Source of the DNA: Escherichia phage vB_EcoM_VR26
Sequence record: NC_028957.1
DNA length: 64,000 bases
Direction: 5' to 3' (one strand)
Position numbers and translations under genes: made by a program. The notes below the pieces were generated by a model. It was not told where the DNA came from, ran no database searches, and was given only the letters and a program-made list of their open reading frames with translations. Shown here piece after piece: positions 59,204-64,000 of this stretch; positions within the stretch are counted from its first letter, which is position 1; each line of letters opens with the position of its first letter.

Positions 59204-59653
59204 TTAATAGCTCTGTAGAATGAATTTAAAGTTATCAGCAAGCATGCGATTCATTTCTGAAAGGGTCTGGCAATCAGAACTATGCGAGCGAGTGAACGCC
59301 ATCGCAATTTGACCTTTACCATAACCAGTTGTCAGAGGTTTCATTTTAGAAACCGGGACAAACAGGACTTCATAGATAACCCCATTGTTCGCCATTGTGC
59401 GAGACAGTTGAGAACGCTGTTTGCGGATGTGACTTAATACAGTGTCAAACCCTTGTTGTGAACGTTGGTTACCAACATAAAAACGTGCGGCAACAATACG
59501 TGATTCGCCTTCACCTTTGACCACGAAATAAAAACCTGGTTGGGTAATAGCTTCTTTAGTTGGACGACCTGCAACATAATTACCATTATGGATGTAAGCA
59601 ACAGTGGTAGCGCCAGCATTCAGTACGTCACGACGAGTCATGTAAGTAGTCAT
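59204..59653 (-). CDS. ndd: nucleoid disruption protein Ndd
   Basis: 149 aa; …[35 protein letters not shown]…[19 protein letters not shown]…[17 protein letters not shown] matches T4 Ndd as recalled. Confidence 0.85.
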   Translation of the reverse strand: MTTYMTRRDVLNAGATTVAYIHNGNYVAGRPTKEAITQPGFYFVVKGEGESRIVAARFYVGNQRSQQGFDTVLSHIRKQRSQLSRTMANNGVIYEVLFVPVSKMKPLTTGYGKGQIAMAFTRSHSSDCQTLSEMNRMLADNFKFILQSY

Positions 59654-59697
59654 ATTAATTTCCTCAGTAAGTTAAAGTTTTGTGCTCCAGTGGGGTC

Positions 59698-59726
59698 ATT
59701 ATACTCTGACCCCAAGAGTTTGTACA
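59698..59726 (-). promoter_or_regulatory. T4-type early promoter (TGTACA–17 nt–TATAAT)
   Basis: Family-2 cassette cattatactctgaccccaagagtttgtacactat. Confidence 0.5.
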
Positions 59727-60071
59727 CTATTTTTGAAGTTGTTCTAAAATAAATCCGCTGGTGTAAAGGCTTGCATTATACAGGCGGTCAAGAGACAATG
59801 AATCCAATCCATAAGCTTCACGAATTGCATTTATAACACTTTCATAACTTGTATAATAAACATCGCGATAATCACGGTCCATAGTCATACGGAACTTAAT
59901 AAATTTATAGAAACCAGTTTCAGGGTCCTGATAGAATGCAAATTCTGCAGACATCAAATTTTTAAGGTGAACAACTTTTGTGCCACCTGAATAACTTAAA
60001 TCAAATGCTTCTGATACGCTAATCTGTTTAAAGAACATAATGTTGCGATTACCAAAAAATACTTTAGACAT
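59727..60071 (-). CDS. hypothetical protein
   Basis: 114-aa ORF. Confidence 0.45.
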   Translation of the reverse strand: MSKVFFGNRNIMFFKQISVSEAFDLSYSGGTKVVHLKNLMSAEFAFYQDPETGFYKFIKFRMTMDRDYRDVYYTSYESVINAIREAYGLDSLSLDRLYNASLYTSGFILEQLQK

Positions 60072-60109
60072 AATATTTTCCTCAATTAAATTTTATTATC
60101 CACGGGAAC

Positions 60110-60138
60110 ATTATACTCTGCTCCCAAGAGTTTGTACA
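60110..60138 (-). promoter_or_regulatory. T4-type early promoter (TGTACA–17 nt–TATAAT)
   Basis: Family-2 cassette cattatactctgctcccaagagtttgtacactat. Confidence 0.5.
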
Positions 60139-60384
60139 CTATTCTACATCTACCGCGCCATCCCACAAGTCAACTTCTTCTGATGATTCCATCAGTTCAT
60201 CAACTGTGAAGCACTCAGTATTATTTTCAATTGCAAAACGCTTCTGATAAAAAGGATAATCCAAACAGTTTTCAGTGCGCACAGGGCGCTCGCTGTTATC
60301 CATTAAAGGCGAAATGCGAATCAGTTGTTGACCATTACCAAGGACAAATTTTTCACCAACTGCAATGTCTTTAAAAAGTTTCAT
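60139..60384 (-). CDS. hypothetical protein
   Basis: 81-aa ORF. Confidence 0.45.
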   Translation of the reverse strand: MKLFKDIAVGEKFVLGNGQQLIRISPLMDNSERPVRTENCLDYPFYQKRFAIENNTECFTVDELMESSEEVDLWDGAVDVE

Positions 60385-60587
60385 TGCTTAGCTCCATTCC
60401 AAATTACATCAACAACAGACTTCAAACCATTATCCTGGATTTGTGTGAACACTTCAGCAGCAATCCAGACCTGGAAACCAATCATTGCAATGGCACCAAT
60501 GAAAATCAGGATAATCATCGCCACGATAAACTTGAACATAAAGTCAAAGCGACGATTGGATTTCTGAAATTGTGAATTGTAATTCAT
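60381..60587 (-). CDS. small membrane protein
   Basis: 68 aa with hydrophobic core FIVAMIILIFIGAIAMIGFQVWIAA. Confidence 0.5.
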   Translation of the reverse strand: MNYNSQFQKSNRRFDFMFKFIVAMIILIFIGAIAMIGFQVWIAAEVFTQIQDNGLKSVVDVIWNGAKQ

Positions 60588-60597
60588 AATATTATCC

Positions 60598-60744
60598 TCA
60601 GTTAAATTTAGTCATTCCACGAAGGCACCAAATGTGTGCATAGTTTAAATTATCAAAAGAAAAGACGCTTAATGAATGAATAGAATCAATCTTTTTGCCA
60701 CATTCATAGCAATGATATTCTTTAAACTTTTTCATAACTATCAT
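60598..60744 (-). CDS. small zinc-ribbon-like protein
   Basis: Start at ATG with GAGGA SD (MIVMKKFKEYHCYECGKK…HIWC); CxxC…H..C. Confidence 0.4.
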   Translation of the reverse strand: MIVMKKFKEYHCYECGKKIDSIHSLSVFSFDNLNYAHIWCLRGMTKFN

Positions 60745-60754
60745 AATATTATCC

Positions 60755-60871
60755 TCAAAAGAAATAGTTAAAGTAAACACGTACATGGTCAATCATAAAA
60801 ACGATTGGGAAAATGCTCAGGACGACAAACAGTACAAACATGTTCCAAATGGCTTTAAGTAACTTTTTCAT
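60755..60871 (-). CDS. candidate 38-aa hydrophobic peptide
   Basis: Manually translated MKKLLKAIWNMFVLFVVLSIFPIVFMIDHVRVYFNYFF. Confidence 0.3.
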   Translation of the reverse strand: MKKLLKAIWNMFVLFVVLSIFPIVFMIDHVRVYFNYFF

Positions 60872-60897
60872 AATCATCTCCAGTAGTTGATAGGTTC

Positions 60898-60925
60898 ATT
60901 ATACTACATCCACCGGAGATGTACA
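60898..60925 (-). promoter_or_regulatory. T4-type early promoter (TGTACA–16 nt–TATAAT)
   Basis: Minus strand TGTACAtctccggtggatgtagTATAAT. Confidence 0.45.
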
Positions 60926-61010
60926 CTCTTTTATGCTGTTATTAATAAACTAAAACACACACAAATCATTGGAATGGATAATACCCAGATAAGACACCAA
61001 TTTTTGCTGC

Positions 61011-61277
61011 TCAAAATACCACCTCTTTAATTTCAATCAATCCATCAGACAATGCAGTGCGGAGGTCATAAAGAATATCTATACCATCAATATTGTCCAG
61101 CTTACCATCAATAAGCTTTTTTAAATCACGCTTTGATGCAACCAATGGGCGAAGAAATTTACAATCAGAAAGAGATAACTCTGTAGTAACATCATCACCA
61201 TCACCTGACGCATCATACATAGCGGCAACAACCATACCTGTAACTTTGTGTTTGGCGTAGTATAATTTAATATCCAT
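61011..61277 (-). CDS. hypothetical protein
   Basis: Start at ATG with GAGGAAAA SD (MDIKLYYAKHK…). Confidence 0.45.
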   Translation of the reverse strand: MDIKLYYAKHKVTGMVVAAMYDASGDGDDVTTELSLSDCKFLRPLVASKRDLKKLIDGKLDNIDGIDILYDLRTALSDGLIEIKEVVF

Positions 61278-61287
61278 TTTATTTTCC

Positions 61288-61494
61288 TCAATAATCAGCA
61301 AGTAAATCAACAATAGAATCACGAAGGCATTTGTTCGCAATACGTTTAAGAGCAATTTCAGTTTCTGGAGCATTTTGAATAATCATTGAATTCAATTCAG
61401 CTTCAGCAAATTGCAATTCTTTAACTAATTCAGCTTTATGCTTGCCTTCACCTGGTTTTGCTTTAGCACGTTTTAATTCAGCAGTAGTAAACAT
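61288..61494 (-). CDS. hypothetical protein
   Basis: 68-aa ORF. Confidence 0.45.
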   Translation of the reverse strand: MFTTAELKRAKAKPGEGKHKAELVKELQFAEAELNSMIIQNAPETEIALKRIANKCLRDSIVDLLADY

Positions 61495-61529
61495 TTTGTT
61501 TCTCCAGTTTGGTAACTCAGTATGGAATC

Positions 61530-61558
61530 ATTATACATAGACTCCATACTGATGTACA
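61530..61558 (-). promoter_or_regulatory. T4-type early promoter (TGTACA–17 nt–TATAAT)
   Basis: Carries the repeated cassette ggtaactcagtatggaatcattatac. Confidence 0.5.
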
Positions 61559-61569
61559 CTATTTTTTAA

Positions 61570-61845
61570 TTAATTGTGCATTTGTTCTTTAACTTCTTTG
61601 TATGCACCAACTGCATTCACGACCCCAGTAAAATCTGCAGTCCCACGATAGAGATAGAAAGCAATTTCAGTCAGGTGGTAGACTTCAAATTCTGAAAGAT
61701 AAACGATAACGTCATAATAGGCAACTTGACCCTGGACTTCGTTGAATACCACATCAAAAATTTCATGGGTTGGAAAATTGATGTTGTTGTTTTTGAGTGC
61801 TTGAATGAGAATTTGTTTGATGTGGTGAGTAGTAATGTGTTCCAT
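61570..61845 (-). CDS. hypothetical protein
   Basis: Start at ATG with GAGGA SD (MEHITTHHIKQ…). Confidence 0.45.
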   Translation of the reverse strand: MEHITTHHIKQILIQALKNNNINFPTHEIFDVVFNEVQGQVAYYDVIVYLSEFEVYHLTEIAFYLYRGTADFTGVVNAVGAYKEVKEQMHN

Positions 61846-61892
61846 GATAATGTCCTCATTTGTTGGCGTGAGGACATTATTACACAGTTGGT

Positions 61893-62486
61893 TCAGCTTG
61901 TAAACCGGTGATAGGGAAATTTTTCTTCTGAACAAGAACGGAGGTACCAACCATCCCCTTGTGACTTCTGTACAAGTCCAGACTCAGGAACGAAAGCACC
62001 AGGTCCAGCAAGGAATTTTGGTTTAAATCTATAACCTTTGATAGTCTCTTTAACATTGAACATAATCATAAGGTCAGCAAGCTTGTGCTGCATAAAGGGT
62101 CCAAGATTAACCCCATAACCATGTGGATAATCACCCTGGTGGCCAGTATGAACGGATATCCATTTGGAACCAGACTGATGAGTCTTGACTTCGATTCTTA
62201 CCCCTTCTTTCGAAACTACATCAAATGCAAAGGAATAAGGATTATCGTAATCTTCATCACCACCACACAAGAAACCGGAGGTCCATTTGGCGATAGCTTG
62301 TTCGGCCATTGTGGCCACCATACATCTTTGCATGACTTGCTCACGGTCCTGGCCTGGGTCTTTACGCAATGAATACCTGGCAGTGTCTACAATCTTTTGC
62401 AGGGATTCGGGGGTTAAGTCTTCCTTTGTATAAAGAAAGGAGGGCATCTTTTTCAGATGCTCCCATGTTTTACTCTTCTGAATCAT
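61893..62486 (-). CDS. denB: endonuclease IV DenB-like
   Basis: Start at MIQKSKTWEHLKK…; …DPGQDREQV…GGDEDYDNPYSFAFDVVSKEGVRIEVKTHQSGSKWISVHTGHQGDYPHGYGVNLGPF… resembles T4 DenB as recalled; adjacent to rIIB. Confidence 0.75.
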   Translation of the reverse strand: MIQKSKTWEHLKKMPSFLYTKEDLTPESLQKIVDTARYSLRKDPGQDREQVMQRCMVATMAEQAIAKWTSGFLCGGDEDYDNPYSFAFDVVSKEGVRIEVKTHQSGSKWISVHTGHQGDYPHGYGVNLGPFMQHKLADLMIMFNVKETIKGYRFKPKFLAGPGAFVPESGLVQKSQGDGWYLRSCSEEKFPYHRFTS

Positions 62487-62490
62487 AATG

Positions 62491-62811
62491 TCATCCTTTA
62501 AAATACATATCGGATTTTTCGACAATATCTAAAGAATTTTGCTCAGCTTGCTCTTGATAATCGCTGCCAATATAAACTTTGTCCACATGAACGACGCCAT
62601 AATAAATTCTGGCACTTTCGGCTAGTGTAGAATGGTCCAGACTACGAAGTTCTTCTTTCGTTGCAAGAATGATGTCCCTCGCATATAACCGCCCAGTTGA
62701 CTTTGTAGAAGCATAATGACAATCCACACAATAAACAATATCCGCAACATGATTACCATGCAACCGGATTTCGTTAATAGATTCATCGCCAACGTTCATA
62801 TAGTTAATCAT
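62491..62811 (-). CDS. hypothetical protein
   Basis: 106-aa ORF. Confidence 0.45.
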   Translation of the reverse strand: MINYMNVGDESINEIRLHGNHVADIVYCVDCHYASTKSTGRLYARDIILATKEELRSLDHSTLAESARIYYGVVHVDKVYIGSDYQEQAEQNSLDIVEKSDMYFKG

Positions 62812-62814
62812 AAT

Positions 62815-63012
62815 TTATTCACCAAAATAAGAGATACGGATTGCCAGTACATGAGCATATGCGCCCATCGCATCCAGTTGGGCAATCAAAAGACCTTGTT
62901 GACGGATATCAAGAGTTTCAAAAACACCACCCTTAATAAACTCTTCAAGAGCATTGATTTTCAAAACCAGCTGGTCATATTCTTCAACTACACGTGCTTG
63001 GAAACCTAACAT
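62815..63012 (-). CDS. hypothetical protein
   Basis: 65-aa ORF immediately downstream of rIIB. Confidence 0.45.
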   Translation of the reverse strand: MLGFQARVVEEYDQLVLKINALEEFIKGGVFETLDIRQQGLLIAQLDAMGAYAHVLAIRISYFGE

Positions 63013-63045
63013 AAAGCCTCATTAGGGGCCGAAGCCCCGATTAAT

Positions 63046-63999
63046 TTAGAATTGTTCAGTTACGTCATCAAGGACCAGATAACCACAGACCCTCATCTTA
63101 CTATCCCCGTAATCCACCGGGATACTTACAACATCACGCGGGTGAACTTTACAGGATACGATACGGCCATCACCATGACCAAAACCGCTTCCAATATAAC
63201 CTTTAGAGCAAACATGCAGTCCGGTTGAACAGGTCTGTTCGTCATTGTCATTTACACGAGAGCGCGGCATTTTAACATATTGACCAGGGCTGTTGTCGAA
63301 TGTATTTGAGTGACAATCTTTGTAGGTTGAACGAACCATTTTCCATGCAATGAAATGACCGTCTTCGGTGATTTCGATATCGTTTGCAACCAGGAAGTCA
63401 AACAAACGCTGTACTGCTTTCTCGCTTGGGTTCTCAAGGAGATTCTCAAGGAAAGGCAGATAGAATTCAAAGTCTTCGCCATTTTGCATTGAATTGATGA
63501 TACGAGTAACCAAACCAGAGCGCAGTTCAATTCCCTGATAGAACAGACTACCACCTTCAATACGCACATCGCCTTTCACATATTTTTGCACTGCAGCTTT
63601 GATAGAAATAAACTCGATAGCATCATCAAAACGAGATTCTTTGAGTGCCTGGATAATAGCATCAAAGTGTTTATGGTCTTTCGTTGCATTCCAGACTGTA
63701 CGACCTTCAGTAATGGAAACGAATTTGCTTGATGCATTCCATACGATTTCCGGTCGGCTTCCACCAATTGTATCAGTAACTGGGACCACTTGAGGTTCAT
63801 TAGGAACCGTTACTGTAATATTTCTGGTAATAACTACTTCAGAAGGCTTAAATTCTTTATCATTTTTCAAAACGCGACGAATGGTATCAACTGAAATATT
63901 GTACCAGTCAGCTAGTTCCTGCTGTGTATAGTTACCTGAAGCATACAGAGAAACAATTTGTTTTTGTTCGTATTCAGAGACGCATTTAATATTGTACAT
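63046..63999 (-). CDS. rIIB: rIIB membrane-associated protector from prophage-induced early lysis
   Basis: 317 aa; MYNIKCVSEYEQKQIVSLYASGNYTQQELADW…SVDTIRRVLKN…FYLPFLENLLENPS…RLFDFLVANDIEITEDG…HPRDVVSIP…DDVTEQF matches T4 rIIB as recalled. Confidence 0.9.
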   Translation of the reverse strand: MYNIKCVSEYEQKQIVSLYASGNYTQQELADWYNISVDTIRRVLKNDKEFKPSEVVITRNITVTVPNEPQVVPVTDTIGGSRPEIVWNASSKFVSITEGRTVWNATKDHKHFDAIIQALKESRFDDAIEFISIKAAVQKYVKGDVRIEGGSLFYQGIELRSGLVTRIINSMQNGEDFEFYLPFLENLLENPSEKAVQRLFDFLVANDIEITEDGHFIAWKMVRSTYKDCHSNTFDNSPGQYVKMPRSRVNDNDEQTCSTGLHVCSKGYIGSGFGHGDGRIVSCKVHPRDVVSIPVDYGDSKMRVCGYLVLDDVTEQF

Positions 64000-64000
64000 A

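Overview
This window reads as a contiguous segment of a T4-like (T-even, Straboviridae/Tevenvirinae-type) myovirus genome, running from the 3' end of a gene-24-like capsid vertex gene through to rIIB. Gene content and order follow the T4 map: rnlB, hoc, inh, uvsW, uvsY, baseplate hub/wedge genes 25-26-51-27-28-29-48-54, alt, DNA ligase, the 30.x early genes, rIII, 31, cd, pseT, spanins, alc, rnlA, denA, nrdB, nrdA, td, frd, 32, 59, 33, dsbA, rnh, long tail fibre genes 34-35-36-37, adhesin 38, holin t, asiA, motA, 52, ndd, denB, rIIB. All calls rest on reading the translated ORFs and recalling T4 protein families from memory; no database search was run, so named products are strong hypotheses rather than verified hits. 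Minus-strand early genes are preceded by recurrent GTTTAC/TGTACA–N17–TATAAT early-promoter cassettes and GC hairpin + U-run terminators; plus-strand structural genes are preceded by TATAAATA late-promoter motifs. The most unusual content is a two-gene plus-strand module between the 24.3-like gene and hoc: a 508-aa collagen-like (Gly-X-Y) fibre protein translationally coupled to a second, divergent Hoc paralogue that keeps the Hoc capsid-binding domain. Other points worth a second look are a ~400-bp non-coding island downstream of rIII, gp37 carrying a C-terminal intramolecular-chaperone domain next to a T2-type gp38 adhesin, a duplicated Alc N-terminal domain, intron-less td and nrdB, and the small-gene island between asiA and motA. 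No tRNA, CRISPR array or homing-endonuclease gene was recognised.
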